Positions 23,565 through 36,215 of a DNA stretch of 64,000 nucleotides are shown here, piece after piece. The position numbers were made by a program, and so were the translations under genes. The stretch's first letter is position 1. Every line of letters begins with the position of its first letter. The notes under the pieces are model-generated. The model had not been told where the DNA came from and did not search any database. It was given only the letters and a program-made list of their open reading frames with translations. Origin of the DNA: Octopus bimaculoides (Eukaryota); NCBI RefSeq assembly GCF_001194135.2, contig NC_068987.1, positions 3,047,234 to 3,111,233 of the forward strand, read 5' to 3'.

Positions 23565-24229
23565 CATGACAATGTGCAACTCTTCTTCACTTTAAACAAA
23601 GAAATCCTAGATGGTCCTCATTGCTCCGACTGAAGAACACGAGGAGTGTGCACGAGTCTGTCTCAATAAACGCCCCCAGACGATATATTTTGTTTTAATC
23701 TTTTAGTCGGGAGAGAAGTCAATGCCCTGGATCCTTTTCAGAACTTGAGACAGGTGGGTGAGCGAGATGGAAGAGGGTGTTCCAATGCGGAGACCTGGAA
23801 CACGCTAAAGGCATTCAAGGACCAGGTTGTGTTAAACTTGATAATGAATTAAATTGAGCTCCCAATATGTATTGAATTCTTAGGCACGTTATTTTCCGAT
23901 CATAAAATTCTTTATCATCCACGTAATTATGGAGATTAGAGTACCAAATTTATCTGTTCATCACAAAATTTTTTCTTCTTGAAATATAAACATATATTGT
24001 TGTACGGCTGTTGTTTATATGTCCCACATTAAATTTTGCATGTAATTAATTTTACTCCTACATGCTGATTAATTTTGACAATTTTATTTTCAATATATAC
24101 TTCACTCTAAGATGAACATAGGCAACCGATCTGATGTGTCTCTCTCTTTCTTTATATGTGTGTATGTGTTTGTTTGTGTGTGTGTGTGAGTCTTTGTGTG
24201 TGTGTGTGTAAAAAGAAAATCTAATCAAT

Positions 24230-24620
24230 AATGAAAATTAGCGAATAAAGTAATAATTTGTTGCGCTAATCTCAAAATCGTCATCATCTTAACGCTTTCT
24301 ACAGGTGTTTCACGTTAGTGTTTATTTTTCCACAAGAGACACTTTTACTCTTACACCGGCAACGACCGCCGCAACATACCGGCTACTGCACACACTCACA
24401 CACACACGCACGCACGCACGCACGCACACGGCAGCAGATACAGAAAGCGAGTCGTGCGCGCGCCAGCGCGTCATCGTCGCCTACAGAAAGGGTCACTTGC
24501 CAGGTTTACTGGTTCCGCTACACAACTCTATTAACTTCCAGCGAACCAGCTTCCTTGGCCACGCTCGTTATTTGGGGCTAGGATCTGAACACCGAGGACA
24601 CACGCACACATATATTCACA
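24230..24620. promoter_or_regulatory. CpG-rich island, candidate promoter/first exon
   Basis: About 19 CpG in 24361-24480 (manual count) in a window that is otherwise CpG-depleted; no repeat family recognised here. Confidence 0.55.
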
Positions 24621-24850
24621 CTGACAATTAAGGACACATTCATAATATATATGCACTCACAAAAGCAATTAAGGACACATTTATACACACACTTAGACTG
24701 GCATTTAAGGACACGCATTCATATATATATACATTCACATACACCACACCGACAATTAAGGTCACATATACGTACACTCTCACAGTTACTGACAATTAAG
24801 GGCATATTCACATATATATACACACACACGCACCACACTGGCAATTAAGA
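24620..24850. repeat. Six-unit array with core (GA/G)CAATTAAGG and (CA/TA)-rich spacers
   Basis: Cores at 24625, 24666, 24702 (CATTTA variant), 24753, 24793 and 24842. Confidence 0.85.
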
Positions 24851-25456
24851 CCAAAGTTGCTGCAGAAACAAATTTTGACATATTTATTTTCTATTTAAAT
24901 GGAGACGTAAGGGTGTCAAATATTTTAGTCCTAATTTGTGGACTTTCACAATATTGGCACCAGCATTTACCATTAAAATATAGAAAATTATACAATTATA
25001 TATATATATATAATTATATATATATATAATTATATCAATTATACTAATATATATATTTATTTAAAGTTGATAATTTAAAATAATTTGTCGATATTTCTTG
25101 GTTTATTCTTTAACTTGTTCATTCCTTGCAATTTAACATTTTCATATTGAAGACTTTTAAAGGATCTAAAAATCTAACAAAATGACTTCTTTCATCACAA
25201 AAGCAACGGAATATTATGATGACCTTTTAAAAATTGGAGGTAAGTTGCTATTGTTTCTCAAAATACTGTAATTCTTCTTCCCTGATCTGTTTATAAATGT
25301 TGTTTAATCACCTGAGTTGCCCTCCGTTTATATCACACACACACGTTCTCTTCACTTTCTCTGCTTTTAAATATATCTACAAAACTGTCTTGATAAAAAG
25401 GCTTCCGTTCTAGTTCCTGTTCCCGAGCCAACTTGCACACTCACATACACACGTGC

Positions 25457-25489
<33 letters not shown>

Positions 25490-28009
25490 AACATAATCAT
25501 CATCATCATGCACATATATGTCCTGTAAATAAAATGGTGGGTTGGGTCATGATTTCTGCCATAAAAATAAAATGTTTCCATAATTTATTTAGCCTTCTTA
25601 ATCGGTTAAGTTTGGGGGAAGATTTCAAATTACTTGAGCGAAGGAATGCCAGTTTTCATCTTGTGAAAGGTTAGCTATGTAAATGGAGAGATAGCTGGAA
25701 TGTGGGTGTGTCCTTTACTATTTAGCTTTGTCTGTGATTATATATATATGTGTGTGTGTGTGTGTGAAAATATATATATATATATATATATGTTTGTGAA
25801 AAAAAAAATATATATATATAGTGTGTGTGTGTGAATATATATATATGTGTGTGTGTGTTTGGTTCATCATTGTTTGCCTGTCTTATCACTTACATTAACC
25901 ATTCGACTTATATAATATGATATATATATATATGTATTTATATGACTGGTTAACACACGTGTTACTATGCTGCCATTGAAGCATAGGAAATAGTAGGTGC
26001 CCTCTTATAGAGTCTAGTCTTTCCCCTCTACCATACTCCAGTAAATGTTTGCCGCAACTGTTAACTACAGACGTCGCACTGTTAGTTGTTTTAGACAACT
26101 CGTTTAATTTTAGTCCTGACTGATAGAGAGGAGACTCACAGACATAGAATTAACGAACTTCACGAAAATAAGGAAAATTTATGATAGTAGGAATTTATTA
26201 AATATTAAGAAGAAAAAAATAATAAAACTGCAACGTTTTAACAGCATTCCGTTGATATAAAGAGTAATTATAAGTTAGGTAAAAATGTCATTTTCTATAT
26301 TTCGGTTTCAAACTCGTTGTCGCTCCTTCATAGTATCTCTCTGCTCCACTCCACTCTCCCTCTCTCTCTTTAGTATCTCTCTGCTCCACTCCACTCTTCC
26401 TCTCTCTCTTTCTCTACTATTCCTCCCACTCTCTCTCCACTGTTCCGCTCTCCCTCCCTCCCTCTCTCTCCCAACTGTTGTACTTTATCACGTGGTTTTA
26501 GAGGTTAGCCCCCCCCTCCCCTCCATCCCATATTCATTCCATGACGATCCAACTCCTTTTTATTTTTCTTCTTGATATTCTTCAATGATTTAATGTACTA
26601 TTAACAATCCTAATATAGATATAGAGATTCCTGTACTATTTTACTATCAAATCTTTGGACTGCGATCTGCAAGGGTTTCGTACTTATATTAGTCCGGTAT
26701 TTAGCCTTATCAAGATCTATTTATCGAACCTCTCGATTACGAAGCTCAAAGAGGCACCACATAAACAACATTGATTTTCAGAATATAACACGGGCTCATA
26801 CACACATACGATAGCCTCTCGCATAGCTTCTGTCTACCAAATTCCACTCTCGCAGAACATTGGTCGGTTCGAAGACTATGGTAGATGACACTTGTCGTGC
26901 TGTGAGATTGAACCCGAAACCACATGGTTTTGAAGCGAACTTCTCAACCACACACACATTCCTTGTATGTGTATGTATATAGTGCAGGCTAACACGATGG
27001 GTTGAACTGAAATAATTTTTAACCAATTGAAATTATAACTGTTAATGAAAATTCTTCTTATTCCGGAAGTTGAAATGATGCAGAATTTAATTAGACAAAT
27101 GAAGGGATTTGTCTGATCCTTGGTAACTAAGGTAAAAGCTTCAGATATGTTTTGGTCTTATTGAAGTTCCTCGGTGAAACCACTTGGTCCCAAGACAACT
27201 CGGAGATGACTTGTAGTTTGGTATGAAAATAGTTTGAGTTTACAAATTCAAATATTCTCTGGAATATTTCTCATAGATGCCTTCTGCAGGAAGGAGATAT
27301 AATTAAGTGCCAGCTGACACACTTGATGTGAGCCAATAATTTCTTTATCTCCTGGAATTATACACACAGCTGACAGGAAGATTTTGGTAGTGGGTTCAGT
27401 TGAATTTCTTCATGTTGTAAGGGTTTCTCAATGGAATTTTATTCAAATTTACTCTCCTTAGCTGGTTTCCTTCATTGTGACCTACTGGGTCCACATCTCT
27501 TTATTCAAAATCTCACTAGTTAAGCCACTTCCACTATGGCTTGCATCTTAGGTTGTTAATGATGCTCACACTGAGGCAGTAGTAGTGAGGACAGGACATA
27601 ATGTGGGGTGGTTGTAGGGTATGAATTCCTTCCGGTGCAGTTGGGATGGTTTGCAAATAGATTGGTGGTTTGGGGTCACGATGGAAGCAACCCTCATACT
27701 CCTGGCCAGATGTGTTTACCAAGCAAGGATCCACTAAGCAGAAGACTCTCTGGCAAAGGGAGGATAGGACATTAGAAAGGGGTGGAGTACATAATCAAGG
27801 GGGGTATGTACATATTGAATCACCATCAGTTTCCATACTTGCATGAGTTGGACTGATTGACAGGAGCTGCACCAGTTTCCATTGTCTGTTTTGACATGGT
27901 TTCTACACTTGGATGCCCTTCCTAACACCAACTACTTTACAGAGTGCACTGGGTGCTTTTTATGTAGCCCCAGCACCAGTACCCTTCATGGGCAAGGACT
28001 ACCAAGACG

Positions 28010-28170
28010 GGTTTAGGGTATCAGTTTTGTTCTGTTGTGGTGAGCAGGTCATCTTGTGTACAGCAATACACCAGATGCCTCACTCCTATGTTCGTCTCCT
28101 TCATATGGCTCAGTGTTTTGAGAATGGCTTCCAATATTTCATCCGATGTCTTTCTGGGTCTCCCTAGACA
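28010..28170 (-). mobile_element. RTE LINE 3' coding end
   Basis: GRPRKTSDEILEAILKTL resembles the RTE C-terminal GRPRKTWDEVVxxDL motif. Confidence 0.6.
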
Positions 28171-30029
28171 ATAACAAACAGTTGGACATCCTGCCATAGA
28201 AACCATGCTAAGAGAGACTATCAAGCCAAGTGTGGCTCCTGACCTCGCCAGCTCCTATCAAACTGTCCAACCCTGCATGGAAAATAGACATTAATGGATG
28301 TGTGTGTTACCATTGTCGTTGTCGTCGTTTAACGTCTGCTTTTCTGCTTTCCATGCTGGCATGGGTTGGATGATTTGACTGAGGACTGGCAAGCCAGGAG
28401 GCTGCACCAGGCTCCAATCTGATCTGGCAAGGTTTCTACAGCTGGATGCCCTTCCTAACGCCAATCACTCCGAGAGTGTAGTGGGTGCTTTTTACATGTT
28501 ACCAGCAAAGGGGCCAGTCAGGTGGCATTGGCATCAACCACACTTGAATGGTGCTTTTTACATGCCACTGGCATGGGAGCCACTCAGGTGGCACTGGCAA
28601 CACACACATATACATAGATCCATGCTCATTCATGTGCACATGGCTGTGTGGTTAGGATGTGTGCTTCCTTCCCATTTGAGACAAGTGTCTTATGTTATAG
28701 TCTCAGGCTGACTAAAGCCTTGTGAGTGGATTTGGTAGACAGAAACTGCAAATAAGCCTGTCACACATATATATATGTGTGTTCCGTGAAAACATGTTTG
28801 GCCATTGTGCTGTTCACATTCGAAGCACAATTTTTTTGCTTGGAAACGGGTGAGGGTCGTTGACAGGAGGCGTGTCCAGCTGTGAAAAATCTACCTCAAT
28901 AAACTCCATCTGACCCATGTAGGCATGTAAAAATGGATGTTAAAACTGGTGATGATGAATATGCATTATGAATTAGATGTAAGATATCTGTCTCTCTGCA
29001 TGGTAAGTACTCTTAGCTAAGAAACAAAGACCACCTTCAACAAAATACTCGATGCATTGTAAGATGGAGAGTTACATAATTTATTTATTGAGTTTATCAT
29101 TACGATTTGTAATTTGTTTCACTGGAAGACTGGCATTTTCAGCTGAGAACTCTGAACAGTTGCCAAAGAAGTCAAGACTCTGTGAAGAAAAGTTCATGTA
29201 GCTAATCTTGTGATTTGCTTTTCTCCATCAGGTTAGCTGTGTGAACCCCATTGTCTCATCTTTATTTAGAAATGATCAGACTCTTCTCCTAAAGATTCCC
29301 CCTCTGCTAATGCGACAGTAAATTGAATTGAAGCAGACTCTGAATAAGTTATTATTTAGTATTTTCTGTGTGGCCAGTGCCAGTGCCACCTGACTGGTTC
29401 CCATGCTGGTGGCACACAATAAGCACTGACTGGCTCTATAGCAAGACAGCCATGCTAATCTCTCCGATGTACTTTAGCCTCTCAACACCTGGCATAAAAC
29501 CACCCTGACATTTCAAATTATTACCCCCCTGCTTTGTCAAGGGGGCTTTTTTCTGTTCTTCTCCTGTCTTGTAGTTTATTTGGTGACCTCACTAGGGTCA
29601 GTGTCTTGAAAACAAAGCACCCAGTGCATTCTATGATGTGGTTGGTATTAAGAAAGACACTCAACTGTAGTAAGCAGACATTGTAGCTTGATGTAGCCTT
29701 TTGCCACTCACCAGATTTTGTCAAATCATCCAACCCATGCCAGCAAGTAAAACGGATGTTAAATGATGATGATGAATAGATGTTGTGAGTTTGGAAGCAT
29801 TTCTGTCAAGTTTGTTGCTATAACAGTAGAACAAGAGGGCCATCCTAACAATTAAACCAGAGGTTTCCATGTGGGTTTCCCAAGCACTGTCCTAGCTGTG
29901 TCATATCGTTGTCTTGGGCAAGTCAGTTGAAAGACTCCATTACCAGAATGAATATTCTAGTGACTGGTGGCTAGAGGTACAAGATAGGTAAGGAAGGAAG
30001 ACAGCTGGGGGCATCAGAGATAGTTGCTT

Positions 30030-30236
30030 TTAGTCGAACAAATCGACCTCAGGACTTATTCTTTGTAAGCTTAATACTTATTCTATCGGTCTTTTTTTGC
30101 CAAACTGCTAAGTGGCAGGGACATAAGCACACCAACATCAGTTGTCAAGTAATGGTGGGGGGGACAAACACAGACACACAAACATATACATACATACATA
30201 TATATATACATACATACATATATATATACATACATA

Positions 30237-30274
<38 letters not shown>

Positions 30275-30403
30275 GATATATATATATACGACGGGCTTCT
30301 TTCAGTTTCCATCTACCAACTTCACTTGCCCAAGGTACCACACAGTGGGACTGAACCCGGAACCATGTGGCTGGGAAACAATCTTCTAACAACACAGCCA
30401 CTC

Positions 30404-30405
<2 letters not shown>
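30030..30405 (-). mobile_element. Full-length SINE family B with expanded internal (TA)n
   Basis: Both halves present around a ~110-bp TA/TACA tract at about 30180-30290. Confidence 0.85.
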
Positions 30406-30439
<34 letters not shown>

Positions 30440-31437
30440 GTGTGTGTAACTGTCTATATTTATATAAAACGTGTCTAGCTGTCACTTGCTAGTATGACTT
30501 GGTACCTTGTACTATATTTCACTATTTGCTTTTAAGTGTTTTATAGAGACAGACAGACACAGATTCCTTTTAGGCCCTCCCACCTTTAACCCAGTGGAAC
30601 ATTGAGGGTGGGGAGCTGCACCAACAGTCGACTGGTACTTCTATCCAGCTGATCAGCTGAGAGTAATGTGAAATGGTGTGCCTTGCTCAAAGACATAATG
30701 CAGTACCTGTTTCAGGAATTGAATCCATGGCACTTGTGATCCCAACACCTTAACCGCTGGGCCACAGAAAGAGAGGAGGTGAAAGTTCAGGTATGGTTTT
30801 GTGGTTATGAAGTTGGCTTTGCAACCATGTGGTTTGGGATTCGCATGACATCTTTGGCAAGTTTTCTTTTGCGATAACCTCAGACTGATTTATGCTTTGT
30901 GAGTGGAATTGGTAAGCAGAGACTGAAAGGAAATCCATGTATGGTGTGTGTGTGCGCATGCGCACGCATTGGTCTTATGTTCTGTTATAGTATGAGAGCA
31001 ATCTTACATTAATCTCTGAAGGGGTACTCTGTACTTTTGTAGAATACAAATTTATTATTCTTTAACAAGAATGCTATTTTGACCAAAGTTTCAGTGATAG
31101 TCCAATGATGGCTGAGCTCTCCAAAACTTCAAAGTCACTGTCAGAAGTTTTCTTCTTGAAGTGTAATACACACACACACACACACACTCTATTCTTAATC
31201 AGCAGAAAGTTAAAAAGGTCAGTTAGAAATAAAACAGTATATATTCATATGTTGCGTTTATCTTTGCTCTGCCATCTTCCACCATATATTTATACATATA
31301 TAAACCAACTGGGATTTTGTCAAACCATCCAACTTACGACAGCATGGGGAGCAGACATTAAACGTGCGTATTTGTGTATGAATGTCTCTAAAGAAAGAGT
31401 TCAGTAATTTCAATGGCTTTATCCCATTTGATGTGAG

Positions 31438-31760
31438 ATGTGAAGGTGCATGGCTCAATGGTTAGAGCATCGGGTTTACAATCATGAGGTAATGAGTTCA
31501 ATTCCTGGACCAGGCTATGTGTTGTGTTCTTGAGCAAGACGCCTTATTTCATGTTGCTCCAGGTCACTCAGCTGTAGAAATGAGTTGCAACATCACTGAT
31601 GCCAAGCTGTATCAGCCCCTTTGCCTTTCCCTTGGGCAACATTGGTGGCGAGGAGAGGGGAGGCTGGTATTCATGGGTAACTGCTGCTCTTCCAGAAAGA
31701 AATTTGCCCAGACTTATGCCTTGGGGAAGAAGTTTCTAGGTGCAACCCCATGGTCATTCT
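31438..31760 (+). mobile_element. SINE family D copy
   Basis: TGTGAAGGTGCATGGCTCAATGGTTAGAGC...GAGTTCAATTCC; aligns with 14838-15180. Confidence 0.85.
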
Positions 31761-31939
31761 TTGCCCTTTTTTCCCATTTGATGTGAGAAGACCAGTGTGA
31801 TGAATATGCCTTAAATGGAAAGCACAGGTTGATGACAGTGCCAAGACCATTTGGCCATAGAAATATTCTTCAATAAGTTTCATCTAATTCATACCAGTGT
31901 GGAAAATGGATGTCAAAAATTATGATGGTATATACATAC

Positions 31940-31988
<49 letters not shown>

Positions 31989-32672
31989 TGCACACACACA
32001 CACATTTAGATAGATAGGTAGATATTTTTATAGAAGGGTGGGTTCATTAATCATCTGCAATATATATATTATATTTTTGTAACGCTTGTTGAAGTTAGTT
32101 CTACACACATCACTAGGTGTGGTCTCTTTCTGTAGACACGATGAAAGTAGTTTCAATTGATTTGTCAAACTATCATTATGTTAACCTCAACTACTCCACT
32201 TTATGCTGGCTTCAAACAAAAGCAGTGTTCACTGATCTATGTTGTATAGATTCAAGATGATTTAAGGGTCAGAGTTGGTCAAAAGCTTTCAGTACAAGAT
32301 GGGAACAGTGTTGTTTTGTTACAAACTGATTACGAACGGGTTGGAAACGTCGTCAAAGGTAGTTACACGAGTCCTGTACATCAAGAAGGAGCCGACACCT
32401 ATCCACATCAATATCGACAACATTGAACAAATGTGTGACATAGTTCTGTTGTTGAACAGGTGGATGAATATTGATTACATCATACCCGAAGGTTGCAAAT
32501 GTGACAAGATAGCCTGTGCCATGAGGGTGCCTGTCTCTGCTCGTGGTTTTAGATGTCAATGAGCAGACATACAGCCTGCGACCCTGTGGAATACCCAGAA
32601 TGGGATAACTGGGGAAAGAGGGGGCTGCACCAAGCTCAGCTGAATAGCCTGGACCAAAGCAAAGTACCTTGA

Positions 32673-32871
32673 TTAACCGTTTAGATATTTCATCAAATGT
32701 AATATCTGTTTATTCACATTGAATTAATCATGCATTATCTCATAGCTTTGGGATTTCAATGATGTAATTGTTTAGATTGAGATCATAGGGTAGGTGTAAG
32801 AGACCAGATCTGGCTGGTTTGGACATAAGACAGATAAGATACTTTGGCCGGTTTAAATGCTGAAGGCTTAA
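32673..32871. mobile_element. piggyBac-type MITE
   Basis: TTAA-CCGTTTAG ... AAATGCTGAAGGC-TTAA ends; internal sequence homologous to 60973-61202. Confidence 0.7.
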
Positions 32872-33739
32872 AGACTTGACTCAGAAATGAAGCCCACAGC
32901 CTTATGATTATGGATCTAAAACTCTAACCCCTTGGCTATGACTTCATTGGCAAATATTCAAATTAGTTGTGGTTTTGTTCGTAAAATCATTCATAACAGA
33001 CTTGGCTTTGGTAAAGTTTGTGCTAGATTAGTCTTGAAACAATCCAGAATTGCACAAACAAGATTGTTTTGAAATCTTTCAATGACTTTTGGATCATTGG
33101 AGGAAAACAAAAACCATCACTGATGATAAAAACCCGGATACATCACTGGGAAAGGGATTGGAAATGCCAACATTTGCTCATCGGGAAAAAAGTTAAAAAC
33201 TCAATCAACAACAGAAAACATGATGCTGTCAGTATTTTGAACTTGACAAGAACTGGGAGTGTCCCAGTTGGATTTTGGTAGTGTCCTGGTTGGATTTTGT
33301 ATCTAACCAACAACTATATTTACAAACTGGGTTGCATCCTGTTACTTGTTTGATTTGGGAGTGTCAGTTCAGACTGTTTGGCCATGGTGCTTGGTTTTTT
33401 TCCCAGTTGAATCCTGTGCATCATGTTCTCTTCTCTGAGGATCTCACTGGGGGTCACAGCTTGTGTTGGCCGACCACATGTCACACGGTCATGACAAACG
33501 AGAAAGTATCTTTCTGAGATGGGGACTGACTGGGACACTACTCAAAGGGTTACCAGGGACAACCTAAGCAAATACTGACAAACGGTGGATGCAACAAGAT
33601 GCTGCAACAGTGCATGCACCCATACCTGACCTGTCCTGAATACTGTGAGCATTATCAGGAGGCTTACTCGACAGTTAATAGGGCTCCTGACATCAAGATG
33701 CTGCATGCCAAGCTGAGGATTGCAAATCAGAGACTCATC

Positions 33740-34070
33740 ATCCTCATCGTTTAATGTCCATTTTCCATGCTAGCATGGGTTGGACAGTTTTTACTGGGAA
33801 CTGACAAGCCAGGAGGACACACCAGGCTCCAATCTGATCTGGCAATGTTTCTACAGCTGGATGCCCTTCTTAACATCAACCACTCTGAGAGTGTAGTAGG
33901 TGCTTTCTACATGCCACCGGCATGGGAGCCAGTCAGGCAGCACTGGCATCATCCACATTCGGATGGTGCTTTTTACGTGCCACCAGCATGGGGAGCCAGT
34001 CAGGCAGCATTGGCAGCAATCTACGCATAGAATGGTGCTTATTGCATGCCACCAGTCAGTACTGGTAATG
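33740..34070 (-). mobile_element. SINE family C with internal tandem duplication
   Basis: GGTGCTTT...GCCACC...GCATGGGAGCCAGTCAGGCAGCA unit repeated; a similar duplication occurs at 28480-28600. Confidence 0.8.
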
Positions 34071-35169
34071 GCCACAACTACAATTTCCATTTGATTGTGA
34101 TTTGACTATTTTTGTAAAGTGTTGTTTCCCAAAAGTACTTGTCTAGTCACATCTATTTGCACTACCAGAATCCTCCAGAGACTGAAATTTCAAATATTGG
34201 AGATTGTGAAGGTATAAGAAGCTTGTGAAAAAAATGAAGTGTGTGTGTTGAAAAATAATATATTCACAACTTTAAGATTTCTATTATTGCAATAAATTAC
34301 AGGAAAAGTAAAAAAAAACGAGGATGTTACTTTACTTTGGAAACAAACAGACTTAAGAGCTGCTGTGTTTAAGTTAAAAATAAAATCTTAATTGACATTT
34401 CAAGTTGAAAGACACACTTCAGTGAACAGTAGTTAGACCATGTCTAGTGATAGACGAATGACTAATTTTCCCGCCATTCCAAAAAATTTATAAGTGTATT
34501 GTGTATAATTGACTCACCCTTGTATACATGTATTTTATTTTTATTTGTTTCCATCATTGGACTGTGGCCATGCTGGGACATCACTTTGATGGGTTTAGTT
34601 CAACAAATCAATCCCAGCACTTATGCTAAGTCTAGTGCTTATTCTATCAGTCTCTCTTTGTCAAACCACTTTGGCTGACATAAACAAACCAGCATCAGAT
34701 GTCAAGCAATAGCTGGACAAACACATACATGCTTATGTATGTAAGTATATTTATACACACACACACACACATAGCATTGGTTGGGTGGGGGCTACAATAG
34801 AAGACTCTTGCCCATTTTACTATACATCGGTAATGAATCTGAAACCATGTAACTGTGAAGTAAACTTCTTATCCACACAGCCATCCTGACACACACACAC
34901 ACAAACTTATGTGCAGATATAGCTGTGTGGGTAAGATATTTGTATATTATAATGAAAGATAGATCAGGTGAGAATGTGAAAATGCCAGAACATAGGTGAG
35001 TGGATGTGTGTTGTGTGCAAAAAAGCAAGATGGAACACGGCTTCAGACTACTCACTAGCAAGGAACAAAGATTCAAATTCTTCTGAACGGGTACCAATGA
35101 TGGAGTAGGCAAAGAAATAGACAGATAAGGTAATTGAAGTGATCAATGTGTGCAGTAAGTTTATTAAAC

Positions 35170-36030
35170 CTTAGCTAGTCTCTGACAACACAACACTGAT
35201 ACTTATCACTATTTGAAGTACGACAGTCGAAGCTGGCAGATAGACAGAAGGACCACTTTTATGAGACTCTTTTACAAATCATCCCCAAAATGAATGACAG
35301 CAACTTCATTATCGTGGCCAATGGTTTTAATGGACATGTTGGACAATATTGTGAGAGCTTTGCTGGAATTAACAGAAGTGAAGTGAGGAGGGATCAACCT
35401 GAAGTTCTGTGATGCAAGTTACATCACCATCTACAACAGCAACTTTAAGAAACTGACCAGATTGACTTGATTCTTACCAGAGAAAGGGACTTACATTTGG
35501 CTGTAAATGCTAATTTTATTCCTGGTTAATTGTGTACCAACAAATATAGACTAGTTGTTAGTGACTTCAGAGTAAGAGCTGGATGGACACAGACAAAAGA
35601 TGACCTGGAGAAGGAGGACATAGAAAACGAGAGCAAACAACTCGCAACTGGGTGAGGACATTAAGTGATGCATACAAGATAGAAAAGGGACAGAAAAGAA
35701 CAAATGTAGAGGACAACTGAGAATTTCTGTAGAATAGCCTATTGAGAGCAACAGACCAAACTAGTGGCTGGGGAAGAAGAGGATGACATGGTAGTGGAAT
35801 TGCTCTATAAATAGAGCCATTAAAACTAAAAGGGGATCAATACCAAGTATGAAGTATTTCTAGCAAGTGAGGAAATTCTGAGGAATAAGTTTGCTAATGT
35901 TTTAATATGTAGAGACATGAGGTATTTCAGATTACTAGGCAGTGTGTGAGTGGAAATGAGGATGTTGGGGAAAAGTGTGTCTGGGGAGATGATGGTACTC
36001 TTACAAACAGGGAAAAGAAAGAGGCTTAGA
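35170..36030 (+). mobile_element. RTE LINE AP-endonuclease/linker fragment, highly decayed
   Basis: QKDHFYETLLQIIPKMNDSNFIIVANGFNGHVGQY (GDFNGHVG motif); ...LVVSDFRVRA; homologous to 50800-51480. Confidence 0.75.
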
Positions 36031-36039
36031 AGTTCTCCT

Positions 36040-36215
36040 TCATACTTACAGAAATTGTACATCCAGTAGAGTATGCTTGCTTTATTTTTGTTGAGTTTGC
36101 ACAAGTCCGCTACATCCAGAGCCATTTCATTACCATGTAACATTGCTCTTTGTACACAAGCATCATACAATCTGCCTTTTACACTGAGAAAGAAACGGAG
36201 GTAATGGTTCCCTGG
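36040..36215 (-). mobile_element. RTE LINE post-RT fragment
   Basis: LSVKGRLYDACVQRAMLHGNE...KASILYWMYN. Confidence 0.8.

Noticed and set aside
33000-33700. Possible host exon(s)
   Set aside because: Frames contain stops, there are no clear splice sites and no recognisable protein; more likely a decayed interspersed repeat of unassigned family.
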